A stretch of 64,000 nt of DNA, taken from an uncultured Clostridia bacterium (GTDB lineage Bacteria > CAYTYR01 > UBA6262). Positions 37,527 through 47,399 of the stretch are shown here, piece by piece. Under the pieces are notes generated by a model. It was given only the letters and a program-made list of their open reading frames with translations, ran no database searches and was not told the DNA's origin. Numbering within the stretch: position 1 is the stretch's first letter; each line of letters begins with the position of its first letter. The DNA lies in assembly GCA_964441745.1 (NCBI GenBank), contig CAYTYR010000011.1, positions 1 through 64,000 of the forward strand, read 5' to 3'. Made by a program: the position numbers and the translations under genes.

Positions 37527-40253
37527 TTACCATTTTTTGCCCTTTTTCCCCAATAACGGCTCTGTGTATTGCTTATATAGGCTAAATAAGTACTCAATCC
37601 TGACTAAATCACTGCCAAAGGGAGTCTTCCGGTAGCATGAATCCACTGCTTTATCTAGTTCTTGATGGGCTTTCAGCAGTTTTGGCGGCATAGTAATCGG
37701 ACTATACAGATCAGCTAGTGATGAATCCATAAATTCTTTCCGAATTTCTATAATGGATTTAGTTTTGTCTTCAACTCGTTTTATCTGTTCTTTTGTTGGT
37801 TTTTCTGGCCAAGGGAAATTGTTATAAACAATATCATTTGAATATCTGTAATCCCCTTTTAACCTACCACAAACGAATCTAACCCAAGTCATATGCATAA
37901 TTGAGCTTAATACACCCAGGTGGTTTAGTGTCGCATTTTCTACCACTACACAACTGTCACTGGCTATAAAGCTTTTATCATAAATACTAAATGGGATATA
38001 TCGCCTATTTTCCGATGAAACCCTTGGAATAACTATATAACTTGATTTTGGCTGTCTAATTTCACCAAATAATGTCGGGAAATTAGCTAATTCCTTTGTT
38101 GTCTCCCGTGTACTTTCACTACGATATTGCTTAACTCGTTCCACTCTACTTAAAATCTCTGGTAGCTGTTTCAATTCACCTGGCTCTATATCGACCAGCC
38201 AAATACACCATCTTTTTTCATTATTAAGATACTCCCTGGCGCTAATTAATGGCCTAATATACTTTTTTGACTTTGGTTCCGTTTTTACTAATTTATCTTT
38301 TTCTTCATTGGTTAATAGGAAGTTACCATCATCATTAGGCATACTACCAAAGCTTATTTCTGGCACATCACATATAGGCTTTGACCTTTTTAAAATGACA
38401 AAATCATCCCCTGGGGCAAGATATGGATTAATGCTCGTTTCTCTTACTTCATGCGCCTCGGATTTTGGTGTTTCATAATCATATAGGATTTTCTCTTTGG
38501 TATCATAATTAGCAAATCCTATTATTGTCACAAATACATGCGCTTTCCCCTTAGCTTCACTTCCCCATTGAAAGGTACGATGCGCAAAATGGATTTTTAT
38601 GCCATATTTATTATAGAGCTCATTCCATAATATGCCTACTTGCTCACCCTGGGTTATTGAGTTGGTCGAAACAAAAGCAACTTTTATTCTTGTTCCTTGT
38701 ATAAATTGCGCGGCTTTAATATACCAAGAAGTGACATAGTCTAATACGCCATATCCTTTTATACCGTTAAAGATCATATCCATATCATCACTTTGATCCT
38801 GGCTTCTAAACTGCTTCCCTACAAATGGCGGATTCCCAAGTATATAACTTAAATCTTTCTTTTTTACGATATCTTCCCAATTTATTCTCAAAGCATTTCC
38901 GATTACTATCTTTGCAGTATTTCTTAATGGCAACCTTACAAAGGACTGGCCAAACTCCTCAGACAATTTTTGATTCATTATATGATCCATAAGCCAAAGT
39001 CCAACCTGGGCAATCTTTGCAGGAAATTCCTCTATTTCTATGCCATACATAGAATCTACATCAATTTTAGAGAGAATGCTTACATCTAATTCTCTGTTTT
39101 TATATAGTATTTTAAGCACTTCAATCTCTAATTGCCGCAATTCCCTGTATGTTATGATCAGAAAGTTACCGCAGCCGCAAGCGGGGTCAAAGAACCTCAA
39201 AGACGCAATTTTACTGTGAAATTCCTGCAATTTCTTCTTATCTTTCTTGGTTTTCTCAAATTCTGCGTATAAATCATCTAAAAACAAAGGTCTTATCAAC
39301 TTCTGTATATTCTTTTCAGAAGTGTAATGCGCACCAATATTCCTTCTCTTCTCCGGATCCATCACAGACTGGAATAATGATCCGAAAATGGCCGGAGAGA
39401 TATTATTCCAATCAAAATAGCAGCTACTTAATAGAGTTTTTCTCATTTCACTGTTAAAAAAAGCTACAGGCAGGCTTCTTTCAAATAGACTGCCGTCAAT
39501 ATAGCGAAATTGGGCCAAATCCTCATCAAGAGTTGCAGGTCTTTTTTCTTCTGGAGTATTCAATACTTGAAAAAGTGTCGCAATTTGAGAACCCAGATCG
39601 CTGCCATCTACATTAGTTTTGCGTTCTATATAGTCGCAAAAGGTATTCTTTTCAAATATCCCAGAATCATCAGCAAAGAGGCAAAATAATAGCCGAACAA
39701 GCAATAATTCCAGATCATGGCCTGTATATCCACTGGCCGCTAATTGGTCATGCAGCTTACCCATCAGCTCAGCCGCTTTTATATTAACCGGATCTTGATC
39801 TTTAAATTCTTTTTTCCTATATCCAGCTATAAAACCGAAAAGGCGTATATTCTTATATAAGTCTTTTATCAGAAATTCATGCTGTGTCTTTTCGTCCAGA
39901 TCGTATAGCCTGAATTTGCTGAAATCTGAGACAATTACGTATTTTGGCAGTTCATATTCTTCTAAATTCGCAAAGTAATCTAGTGCTTGGGAATAGGCTG
40001 TATCCAAATCCTTCCCTTTTGACTTATGCTCTACAAGCAGTGTCCCCTTCCAGAATAAGTCAATACTGCCTCTTTTATCACCTAGTTTTTGTACCGGTTC
40101 TTCAAAAACAGCTACCCTTCTCCTGGAAATCCCAAAAATATCAAAAAATTGATTCCAGAATGTCTGTTTTTCGGCATTTTCTCTGCTTTCATCAGACCAT
40201 TCCTGTGAAAATGCCAATGCTCTTTTCTTTATCTCATTCCAACTCAGCGCCAT
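37527..40253 (-). CDS. MmeI-like type IIL restriction-modification enzyme (nuclease-m6A MTase-TRD)
   Basis: MALSWNEIK.RA..F..EW, IDLFWKGTLLVEHKS, GAHYTSE.NI, DPACGCGNF, GNPPF, RYS...VYNNFPWP. Confidence 0.92.
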   Translation of the reverse strand: MALSWNEIKKRALAFSQEWSDESRENAEKQTFWNQFFDIFGISRRRVAVFEEPVQKLGDKRGSIDLFWKGTLLVEHKSKGKDLDTAYSQALDYFANLEEYELPKYVIVSDFSKFRLYDLDEKTQHEFLIKDLYKNIRLFGFIAGYRKKEFKDQDPVNIKAAELMGKLHDQLAASGYTGHDLELLLVRLLFCLFADDSGIFEKNTFCDYIERKTNVDGSDLGSQIATLFQVLNTPEEKRPATLDEDLAQFRYIDGSLFERSLPVAFFNSEMRKTLLSSCYFDWNNISPAIFGSLFQSVMDPEKRRNIGAHYTSEKNIQKLIRPLFLDDLYAEFEKTKKDKKKLQEFHSKIASLRFFDPACGCGNFLIITYRELRQLEIEVLKILYKNRELDVSILSKIDVDSMYGIEIEEFPAKIAQVGLWLMDHIMNQKLSEEFGQSFVRLPLRNTAKIVIGNALRINWEDIVKKKDLSYILGNPPFVGKQFRSQDQSDDMDMIFNGIKGYGVLDYVTSWYIKAAQFIQGTRIKVAFVSTNSITQGEQVGILWNELYNKYGIKIHFAHRTFQWGSEAKGKAHVFVTIIGFANYDTKEKILYDYETPKSEAHEVRETSINPYLAPGDDFVILKRSKPICDVPEISFGSMPNDDGNFLLTNEEKDKLVKTEPKSKKYIRPLISAREYLNNEKRWCIWLVDIEPGELKQLPEILSRVERVKQYRSESTRETTKELANFPTLFGEIRQPKSSYIVIPRVSSENRRYIPFSIYDKSFIASDSCVVVENATLNHLGVLSSIMHMTWVRFVCGRLKGDYRYSNDIVYNNFPWPEKPTKEQIKRVEDKTKSIIEIRKEFMDSSLADLYSPITMPPKLLKAHQELDKAVDSCYRKTPFGSDLVRIEYLFSLYKQYTEPLLGKKGKKW

Positions 40254-40363
40254 TTAAACTCCTAGTAATAATTCACAAGCTATTTATTCTAGTAAGCATG
40301 TATTTAACCGATTTTCCACCGCGTAGGTGGAATATGTCAAACTAATTTGAAACTTCCCCTTTT

Positions 40364-40485
40364 TTATTCGGAACTGGTCTCGATGCTTCCCTTATCTTCG
40401 TCATCTTTCATTTCCGGAAGTCTCAATAAATTCCTTATTTCTAAAGCCAAACCATTATTTTTTACTATTGCATCTTGAAAAACAA
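40364..40485 (-). pseudogene. Probable 3' gene fragment cut at a repeat module
   Basis: Coding-like tail (VFQDAIVKNNGLALEIRNLLRLPEMKDD...) begins right after TGACCCCG; the upstream part of the ORF is repeat sequence. Confidence 0.45.
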
Positions 40486-40571
40486 CGGGGTCAGCCCTTG
40501 AAATGTGAAATGATTCAACCCCTTCGGCAACCGTTACTGTCAACCGCGTAGGTTGAGGTTGTAGCAAGAAG

Positions 40572-41606
40572 TTATTGTCCTCCAGCTTGTTTTAAAAGCA
40601 GCTTAATCTCAGCATTTGCATAGGCTATTGCTGTTTTTCCTTTTTTGTCTTTCAGAAGAGGATTTGCTTTGTGTTCCAACAACATTATAACAATATCCTT
40701 ATAACCTTTTTTTGTCGCTGCAATTAATGCTGTCATACCTTCATCGTCGTTAGGTACAATATTCGGGTCAGCGCCGCGGGTTAATAATATCCTTGAGATG
40801 TCTTTGTTCCCGTACCAAGCTGCAAACATAAGGGCTGTACGGCCTAAATGATTAATGGCATTTACTTCTGATCCAGCTTCTACCAGTATAGATGCAGTTT
40901 TTGAGTGCCCCTCCGCAACAGCTATCATTAACGGAGTCCATCCATTGTGTTTGGACTTAGCATTGATATCCGCACCTTTATTTAGCAACAATTTTACTAT
41001 TGAATCATGTCCCTGCTGGGCTGCTTCATACAGTGCGGTAGTTTCTTCATCCCAAGTTTCTTCTATGTTGGCTCCCGCCTCAAGCAGAGCCTGGACAATT
41101 TCAATATTCCCTCTTACTACTGCAGGAATCAATGCTGTCATGCCTTTCTTATTCTTCTCATTTATTCTTGCTCCGTTTTTTATCAAAGCCCTTACACTAG
41201 CGAGGTCATTGCTTCCGGCAGCAAGCATTAGGGGAGTTGAGCCATAAAATTCATTCTTCACATTCACATCTGCACCGTTCTCTAATAGGAATTCAGTTAC
41301 ACTTGGATGACAATAAAAAGCAGCGGCTGTAAGAGCTGTATCGCCATATTTGCTCCTTGCATTTATGTCAGCGCCGGCTTTTAGAAGAGCCTTAACAATA
41401 CCTAAATTCCCATGTCTTGCAGCTGTTATGAGGGCGGTTTCACCCATACTGCCACCGCGTTGGTCGACTGCTACACCTTCGTGTAGCAGTGCTTGAACTT
41501 GTGCACTATTGCCCTGCTCTGTTGCCTTGATGAGTGGATTCATGGCACATGAGCAAACAAGTGGCAATAGTAACAGGATAACTAACGATTGAAAATGGCG
41601 TTTCAT
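40572..41606 (-). CDS. Ankyrin-repeat lipoprotein
   Basis: Lipobox LVCSC; about nine G.TALxxAA...GADxN repeats. Confidence 0.92.
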   Translation of the reverse strand: MKRHFQSLVILLLLPLVCSCAMNPLIKATEQGNSAQVQALLHEGVAVDQRGGSMGETALITAARHGNLGIVKALLKAGADINARSKYGDTALTAAAFYCHPSVTEFLLENGADVNVKNEFYGSTPLMLAAGSNDLASVRALIKNGARINEKNKKGMTALIPAVVRGNIEIVQALLEAGANIEETWDEETTALYEAAQQGHDSIVKLLLNKGADINAKSKHNGWTPLMIAVAEGHSKTASILVEAGSEVNAINHLGRTALMFAAWYGNKDISRILLTRGADPNIVPNDDEGMTALIAATKKGYKDIVIMLLEHKANPLLKDKKGKTAIAYANAEIKLLLKQAGGQ

Positions 41607-41736
41607 ATTATACTCCATCCCTAAACGACAAAAAGCAACCCGGACTTCCTGGATTTAACCGCTACTGTCTCCGCCAACAAACTCTGGCGGACTCCTTACA
41701 GTCGAACATTAAAAGCGATCGTAGGTTGACACTTAG

Positions 41737-42096
41737 TTACTTCTCTACCTCTTGGCTATCAATATCCAGGTGAAAATGGTGCAGTAACCGGTGCAGAATA
41801 GGCGCGACCAGAATCACGATAACCCCAAAAAAGGCTAAGCTGCTAAAGATAGCATAAATAGAAGTAAAGATCTTGCCCGCTGCAGTGTTTATAATTGATA
41901 CTGTCCCTAACCCAGTCATGATCAGGACTGAATTCAAGAAAGCATCAATCCAAGCCAGATCCTCCAGAAAGTGAAAGGCCAATGTCCCGGTGGTAATGGT
42001 TCCTGAAAGAACTAGCAGTGAGGTCCCTGCGCTTCGCAGCATGCGCAGCATAAATTCCTGGTTTGAAAGCAATGGTTGTTTATAATGCTCAAACAT
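41737..42096 (-). CDS. Small 2-TM/pore-helix ion-channel-domain protein
   Basis: WIDAFLNSVLIMTGLG, AGKIFTSIYA; no GYG filter. Confidence 0.7.
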   Translation of the reverse strand: MFEHYKQPLLSNQEFMLRMLRSAGTSLLVLSGTITTGTLAFHFLEDLAWIDAFLNSVLIMTGLGTVSIINTAAGKIFTSIYAIFSSLAFFGVIVILVAPILHRLLHHFHLDIDSQEVEK

Positions 42097-42353
42097 TTAA
42101 CCTCCATAAAAAAAAGCGGGGATAGCCCTTGAAATGTGAAATGAATCCTCTCATAATGACAAAAAGCAACCCGGACTTCCTGGATTGCTTTGATTTTAGT
42201 CCTTTCTTTCTCCTTGGACCCTTCTTTGTGGGATCGGGCCATTCAAATAATTGACTTATTTCCTTATACTCCACTATCCCCTTTATTGTCAAACAAAATC
42301 ACCTTTTCAACCAACTCCGTTCCACCTACGCGGTGGAAAGCGGTTCTTTTTTT

Positions 42354-42618
42354 TTACTTTCTCATCATATCCTGGGCCAATCGATGTAATTCGCTATTCG
42401 CCAGTGCTGCTACTTTCTTTTTCACAACTCTGTAAAAATATTCCCGCTCTGTCTTGGTCATTTTCTCCCCTTTAAGCCGTTTCAAAAACAGATCCCTCTG
42501 CTTGGGGGATAATACCTGCGCCAAAGCAAACTCCAGATCAAATTCGCTTTTTAATTCCAGGTATTTTGATTCGAGCAGTCCTTTAAAGTCTTTATTTTCA
42601 GCTCCCAGCTTATTATAG
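42354..42618 (-). pseudogene. 3' fragment paralogous to the gene at 44692-45387
   Basis: Shares QVLSPKQR.LFLKRLKGEKMTKTEREYFYRVVKKKVAALAN.ELHRLA; homology stops ~10 bp from CGGGGTCAG at 42629. Confidence 0.8.
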
Positions 42619-42836
42619 CCAAGATCATCGGGGTCAGGCACTGAATCGTGAAAGTAGCCCCTCTCTCCGCCACCATACTCGGCGGGTGGCCTTCGGCCAA
42701 ACATAAAAGCAACCGGGACTTCCTGCCTTTCCCCTACTTTCCCGTCAAAAGACGCTGGCGCTGTGTCCGCCGATCTTTTTGGCGGAGACTCCTTTCAGTC
42801 AAACCGCTACTGTCAATTTCGCAAATTGACACCTGG

Positions 42837-43130
42837 TTACATTTTATTTAAGCGGGATAGCATCTCCTGATAAACTTCTTTATCTCTGCGCAAACCGACT
42901 TTCAGGACAAGAACCTGCACTGTTCCCTTGTCAATCCTATAGATAACCCGGTAATAAGATATCTTGAGCTTCCAAAATCCTTTTAGGCCATGTTTTAGGC
43001 CTTCGCCGTAACCTTCCGAGTCGACACTAAGTTTTTTGTTAATTGTCTTTAAAATAATAAACTGATCATGTTTGTTGATCTTCTGAAAATCTTCTTCAAT
43101 GACCAGTTTATGTATACTAACCCGCCACAT
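42837..43130 (-). CDS. relE: RelE/ParE family toxin
   Basis: GEGLKHGLKGFWKLKISYYRVIY.I......VLKVGLR..VY. Confidence 0.88.
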   Translation of the reverse strand: MWRVSIHKLVIEEDFQKINKHDQFIILKTINKKLSVDSEGYGEGLKHGLKGFWKLKISYYRVIYRIDKGTVQVLVLKVGLRRDKEVYQEMLSRLNKM

Positions 43131-43132
43131 TA

Positions 43133-43414
43133 TCAGCGTCCAACTTTCTTCAAAGCTTCCTCAATGCTGATAAAATCCTTGCCCGTGCTTTTCTCAAATC
43201 TCTCCCTGGCAATATGACCCATAACTATATCCTCGGCCAGGTCCAGGAAGGATTCGTTTTTTTCATATTCTTCATTGGACATAATGACCGCTACCGGCTT
43301 ATTACGTTTTTCTATCACCACCCGGGTATGCCGCGTTTTCTTAAGCAGTTCGTCAAGCTTGGTGCGCAATTCAGAAACGCCGATCAAAGTGGTATCTTGT
43401 TTAACTGTAAGCAT
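43133..43414 (-). CDS. Phd/YefM family antitoxin
   Basis: IGVSELRTKLDELL...VVIEKRNKPVAVIMS.EEYE; promoter TTGACA-17-TATATT upstream. Confidence 0.88.
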   Translation of the reverse strand: MLTVKQDTTLIGVSELRTKLDELLKKTRHTRVVIEKRNKPVAVIMSNEEYEKNESFLDLAEDIVMGHIARERFEKSTGKDFISIEEALKKVGR

Positions 43415-43854
43415 CTTATCCTCCTATCTATCCTATTACAAATATATCACCTATCATTTTATTTGTCAATTAAAATGTCTTTTTAATTGTCAATTCATAA
43501 TTGTTTCAATTTTATTTAATTACCCCTGAAAACACAAAAAGGAAGGCAACGGGGTCAGCCTGCTGAATCGTGAAAGTAGCCCCCTAACCGCCACCATACT
43601 CGGCAAGTAGCCTTCAGCTAAACAACAAAAAGCAATCCGGACTTCCTGCCTTTCCCCTACTTTCCCGTCAAAAAGCTCTGGCGGGCGACTTTCAGTCGAA
43701 CCACTACTGTCCACCTCGGAGGTTGACACCTGGGTACTTCAACCTCTTTTCCACCGCGTAGGTGGAAAGACGGTTCTCCTTACAGCCAACCGCTTATCTC
43801 AACTACGCCGCGCCCGCCAACTCTTTAGTGGCGGGTAGGTTGAGATATGGTTAT

Positions 43855-44298
43855 TTACTTGCTTTCGAGGTATTTTGCGTCCAGTTTATCTTTTTCCCTA
43901 TTGGTAGATTTCTTGTTTTTAATGAGGTTGGCTTTGGAAATGAAGGGGATTTTAAGCTGTTCAATCTCTATTACTTCCTTATCCTGGTAGGCCTGATCAA
44001 AATCCACTCCATCGATCATAGTGATCAAGTCAATCCTTCGGGGGGCTACACCTATCTGGAAGATAATTCCCTTCTCGGTGAAGGTCTCAGGTGTGATTTG
44101 CGAAAGCGGGGCTCCGAACTCTGTCAGGGATTTATGAAGTTTTGTTGAGTTTGCAGGATTGGCCGCGACCCATATGTCAAAATCACCGGTTGCCCTGGGA
44201 TAGCCATAGGCAGCCATAGCATACGCGCCAACGACAAGAAATTGCACATTATTTTTTAATAAGATTTGTAATATTTCTTTGTAGTCTTCGTTCAGCAT
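43855..44298 (-). CDS. Nucleotidyltransferase-like protein (DUF6036-like)
   Basis: LVVGAYAM..YG.PRATGDFDIWV, RIDLI, LI.NK....R.KD..D. Confidence 0.8.
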   Translation of the reverse strand: MLNEDYKEILQILLKNNVQFLVVGAYAMAAYGYPRATGDFDIWVAANPANSTKLHKSLTEFGAPLSQITPETFTEKGIIFQIGVAPRRIDLITMIDGVDFDQAYQDKEVIEIEQLKIPFISKANLIKNKKSTNREKDKLDAKYLESK

Positions 44299-44437
44299 GA
44301 GTTTCTTTCTGTAAGGACCATATCTCCGCGGTTAATTCCCACATAAAAGATATGCGTCCTTCTGGTGAAAGATTGACATATTCTTCATCATGGCTTGCCG
44401 ACTTTGTAAGCTTTACTATATTCTTCTGTATTCTCAT
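44249..44437 (-). CDS. Small partner protein of the nucleotidyltransferase, likely leaderless
   Basis: LSPEGRI...WELT...RLQRNI; TTGAAT-17-TATAAT ends 6 nt before ATG 44437. Confidence 0.65.
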   Translation of the reverse strand: MRIQKNIVKLTKSASHDEEYVNLSPEGRISFMWELTAEIWSLQKETHAERRLQRNITNLIKK

Positions 44438-44557
44438 AATTGTATTATACCACAAAATAATACTCTATTCAATGAGGAAAAGAACCAATTTTCCACTTCG
44501 TAGTTTTAGGGAACTTCCTGCCTTCCCCCTACTTTTCATCTACTCCCAGCTTTATTC

Positions 44558-44695
44558 CTACTTATTCTTAAATAGGGTATTACTGGCATATCGTTGATAG
44601 CGGCTTGTCTCATTTGCGGCGCCTTTAATTGACCTTAGATTGCCTTTTTTGAAATTCTTTAATATCTCTTTCTCTTCTTTTGTAGGATTATTCAT
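44558..44695 (-). pseudogene. Truncated antitoxin paralogous to 53366-53629
   Basis: MNNPTKEEKEILKNFKKGNL...RYQRYASNTLFKNK* versus EKEMLKDFEQGKL...RYQRYASNTLLKNKRINIR; runs into a repeat module. Confidence 0.75.
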
Positions 44696-45387
44696 TTTTT
44701 CAACATCCCCAGAGCCAATCGATGTAATTCATTATTCGCCAGGGCTGCTACTTTCTTTTTCACGACTCTGTAAAAATATTCCCGCTCTGTCTTGGTCATT
44801 TTCTCCCCTTTGAGTCTTTTAAGAAATAGTTCTCTCTGTTTAGGAGATAATACCTGCGACATAGCAAATCCCAATTCAAACTCATTTTCTAATTCCATGT
44901 GTTTTGATTCAAGTAGATCTCTAAATTCTTGTGTTTCAGATCCTAGCTTATTATAGTAATTCCGAAACGTATTCATCACACGTTGGCTTGACATCAGAAA
45001 GTCACCGACCTTAAATTCAGCTTCCTCGGCAAAGCTTTTCTCCAACATCTTATATACTTCATCGCTGACCGCTAATTTTTTCTTTAATCCCTCAGCCGCC
45101 AGAAATTCTACTCCCGCAACCTTATAAACCACCAGAGATACTGCTACAAGCTCATCAAACCATTTTGTTTCCAGCGATTCCCCAAGATATTTCTTTGCTT
45201 CTTCGTAAGGGACCGCGCCAAGAACTTCGGCCTTTAATAGCATGACCGGGAATCCCTCCCAAAGTCGCAAATCCCTGCTTCTGACGACATCAGCCAGAGT
45301 TTTGCCGGCATTTTCATCTCTCTCGGTCTCAAATAAGTTAAAACCTAATTTTGCCACTCTTTTCAATAGGTCATTATTTTCCATCAT
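44692..45387 (-). CDS. Hypothetical protein, partner of upstream nucleotidyltransferase
   Basis: ~230 aa, overlaps the NTase stop; basic C-terminal helical segment. Confidence 0.7.
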   Translation of the reverse strand: MMENNDLLKRVAKLGFNLFETERDENAGKTLADVVRSRDLRLWEGFPVMLLKAEVLGAVPYEEAKKYLGESLETKWFDELVAVSLVVYKVAGVEFLAAEGLKKKLAVSDEVYKMLEKSFAEEAEFKVGDFLMSSQRVMNTFRNYYNKLGSETQEFRDLLESKHMELENEFELGFAMSQVLSPKQRELFLKRLKGEKMTKTEREYFYRVVKKKVAALANNELHRLALGMLKK

Positions 45388-45979
45388 GAACACCTTCTTC
45401 TTTTAATCGCTCCAGGAAACTCTCTAAATTCTTATTCATTCTATCCGGATTAACATCATAAGATGCCGTTTCCCGAAATCTCTGCTCTAATCGATCACGA
45501 TCCAATGCTTCCCCTCTGGCTCTTGCCAGGGTTAGACAATCTGCAAAATCAATCTCACTGCCTCTGAATAACTTGCTTAAGATCAAGTCATAATCATTTA
45601 ATACCCCGAGATAAAGATAAGTGAATTCCTTGATCAGAGTATTATTCCCCACTGCCAGTGGCGATTCAAGTAATTCAGTTGTATGTACTTTTTTGCCGCG
45701 GAACAGGTCAAATACAAATTTATCATCTCTGGCCCAACCTACACCGCTAGTTGGACTATAGCCTAATTGAACCAGGACCTTTAATAAATAGTCATATTCC
45801 TGTTCAACTGGCACTACCAGATCAATATCCTTAGTTGATGGTTTCAAGCCTAATAGAGTTAGTGCTGTGCCACCACAGGCAATTAAGTGAACTTTCTTAT
45901 TCAAGAATCCATTCCACATACTTAGAGCTTCTAATAATCCTTCTTTATCTATTCTATAATCTTGCACAATACACTCCAT
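45374..45979 (-). CDS. Nucleotidyltransferase-like protein (DUF6036/AbiEii-like)
   Basis: IACGGTAL.L..LK.STKDIDL, DLILSKL.RG...D..D. Start may be GTG at 45967. Confidence 0.8.
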   Translation of the reverse strand: MECIVQDYRIDKEGLLEALSMWNGFLNKKVHLIACGGTALTLLGLKPSTKDIDLVVPVEQEYDYLLKVLVQLGYSPTSGVGWARDDKFVFDLFRGKKVHTTELLESPLAVGNNTLIKEFTYLYLGVLNDYDLILSKLFRGSEIDFADCLTLARARGEALDRDRLEQRFRETASYDVNPDRMNKNLESFLERLKEEGVHDGK

Positions 45980-46049
45980 ACATATATATGTATTTTATAA
46001 TACATCTATCTGTATTAATATATACACTATAATTAGTAATTTGTCAAGC

Positions 46050-46082
46050 AAAAAAGCAGCCTCAAATTAATGAGGCTGCTTT
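46050..46082 (-). terminator. Intrinsic terminator
   Basis: aaagcagcctca-N-tgaggctgcttt with U-tract on the minus strand. Confidence 0.75.
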
Positions 46083-46109
46083 AGTGTATTAAAGTTTTAT
46101 GTGGTAATT

Positions 46110-47276
46110 CTACTGCTTGAATTCGTATCCTTTTGGCGCGGCCTGGGTGTGGATAGACTTAATGATTACTGTGTCCAAGGTTTGTGCTGTCCCGGCCTTA
46201 GCTGTTTCTTTCTCTTTTTTTGCCACATACTGCCGCCGCTCATTGCTTAGCGTGTTGATTCTTGTCTGAATATCCTTGCGTTTCTGGATATTATCATTAA
46301 TGTATTTATCCCTTTCCTTGGGCGTCATACTCTGCATTTCCTTGGGCAGGTCTTCTTTTTTTAGTTCTTCCGCCTTGACACTGCCACTAGCTACCGCGCT
46401 CACCACGTCCCAGGAGGAGGCGGTACTGCTATATTGTTTACTGGCTTTGAAAGAGGCGCGGTCGGAAAGATTGGCCTTGCTATAGGATACCTGGTTACTG
46501 TCCTGCTGTTCCTGGGCGACTTTGGCTATTTTCCCCTTCTCGCCATAAGCTATATAGGTCTGGTTGAGCTCGTTGTTCAGGCGCAGTATCTCATCATCCT
46601 GGGGCGCGGCTATGGAAACAACTCTTACTCCATGGTCTATGTTAAAATAGTCGCCGTGTCCAGATTGGGCGCCAGCCAACCATTGGGTATTAATGCCTTC
46701 CTGGTACGGCCCGCAAAAAATAGTATTGACGTTAATGCCTTTACCGGCGGCAGTCGCTACTGATTCCCGGAAAGGCACGCTGCCCTGGGTGAAAGGCTCA
46801 TTGCCGGCAATGAAAATGACCTTATAGACTTCGGGATTACGGGACCAATCCAGGCCGGCGATCGCGTCGCGGATAACTGTCCCGCAATATTCACTGCCGC
46901 CGCAGGTGGTCAAGGCGAACAGGTTTTCTGAAACAGTATCCAGGTTATTGGTAAAAGATAATACTCTGCGGATGTAGCCAGTCTTACTATCCAGCCGGTC
47001 ATTACCATACTCATAGAGAGAGACATATACTTCTGGAGTTTGGCCTTTCCTGGTGGCTAATGATAATTCATTGACAATTCTCCAAAGCTGGCTCTTGGCC
47101 TGGTCGATCAGGCCATCCATGCTATTACTGGTATCCAGGAGCAGGGCAACTTGCACGATTGGCTTGGCAGAATGATTAGTTTGGCTGGGAGTGGAGGTAA
47201 TTCTGGCGGGAGCGGCATTGGCCATGGCGGCAAAACAGGTGAGAATCAGCAGCGGGACTACTAACAAACGTCTCAT
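46110..47276 (-). CDS. Secreted von Willebrand factor A domain protein
   Basis: Signal peptide; MIDAS LLDTSNSM; GG.EYCG; IFIAGNEPF. Confidence 0.85.
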   Translation of the reverse strand: MRRLLVVPLLILTCFAAMANAAPARITSTPSQTNHSAKPIVQVALLLDTSNSMDGLIDQAKSQLWRIVNELSLATRKGQTPEVYVSLYEYGNDRLDSKTGYIRRVLSFTNNLDTVSENLFALTTCGGSEYCGTVIRDAIAGLDWSRNPEVYKVIFIAGNEPFTQGSVPFRESVATAAGKGINVNTIFCGPYQEGINTQWLAGAQSGHGDYFNIDHGVRVVSIAAPQDDEILRLNNELNQTYIAYGEKGKIAKVAQEQQDSNQVSYSKANLSDRASFKASKQYSSTASSWDVVSAVASGSVKAEELKKEDLPKEMQSMTPKERDKYINDNIQKRKDIQTRINTLSNERRQYVAKKEKETAKAGTAQTLDTVIIKSIHTQAAPKGYEFKQ

Positions 47277-47399
47277 AAATCCTCCTAACAAGAATATTGA
47301 CTTCCTAGGCTATGAGACCCTTGTCTTAAATAAAAGTTCCGTTCTTTAATACACCTCCATTCCACTAATGCTGTGGAATGGAGGTGATTATCCTGAATA

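Larger units (their letters stand above)
40302..44540. repeat. Cluster of modular intergenic repeats (attC-like hairpins, CGGGGTCAG module, AAAGCAACCCGGACTTCC module)
   Basis: Hairpins at 40302-40342, 40525-40574, 41653-41740, 42305-42346, 42798-42842, 43695-43737, 43737-43776, 43784-43856. CGGGG(T/A) modules at 40486, 42117, 42629, 43550. AAAGCAA modules at 37471, 41630, 42161, 42705, 43626, 53967. Confidence 0.85.

Noticed and set aside
41737-42096. Canonical K+ channel
   Set aside because: Filter reads MTGLG, not TVGYG; selectivity cannot be assigned.
42012-43729. ORFs 42012-42242, 42089-42292, 43520-43729 and the N-terminus of 42354-42704
   Set aside because: Shared peptides such as QEVR(V/I)AFC are just translations of the repeat modules.
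40302-44540. CRISPR array
   Set aside because: Repeats are degenerate, modular and irregularly spaced with genes between them; no cas genes.
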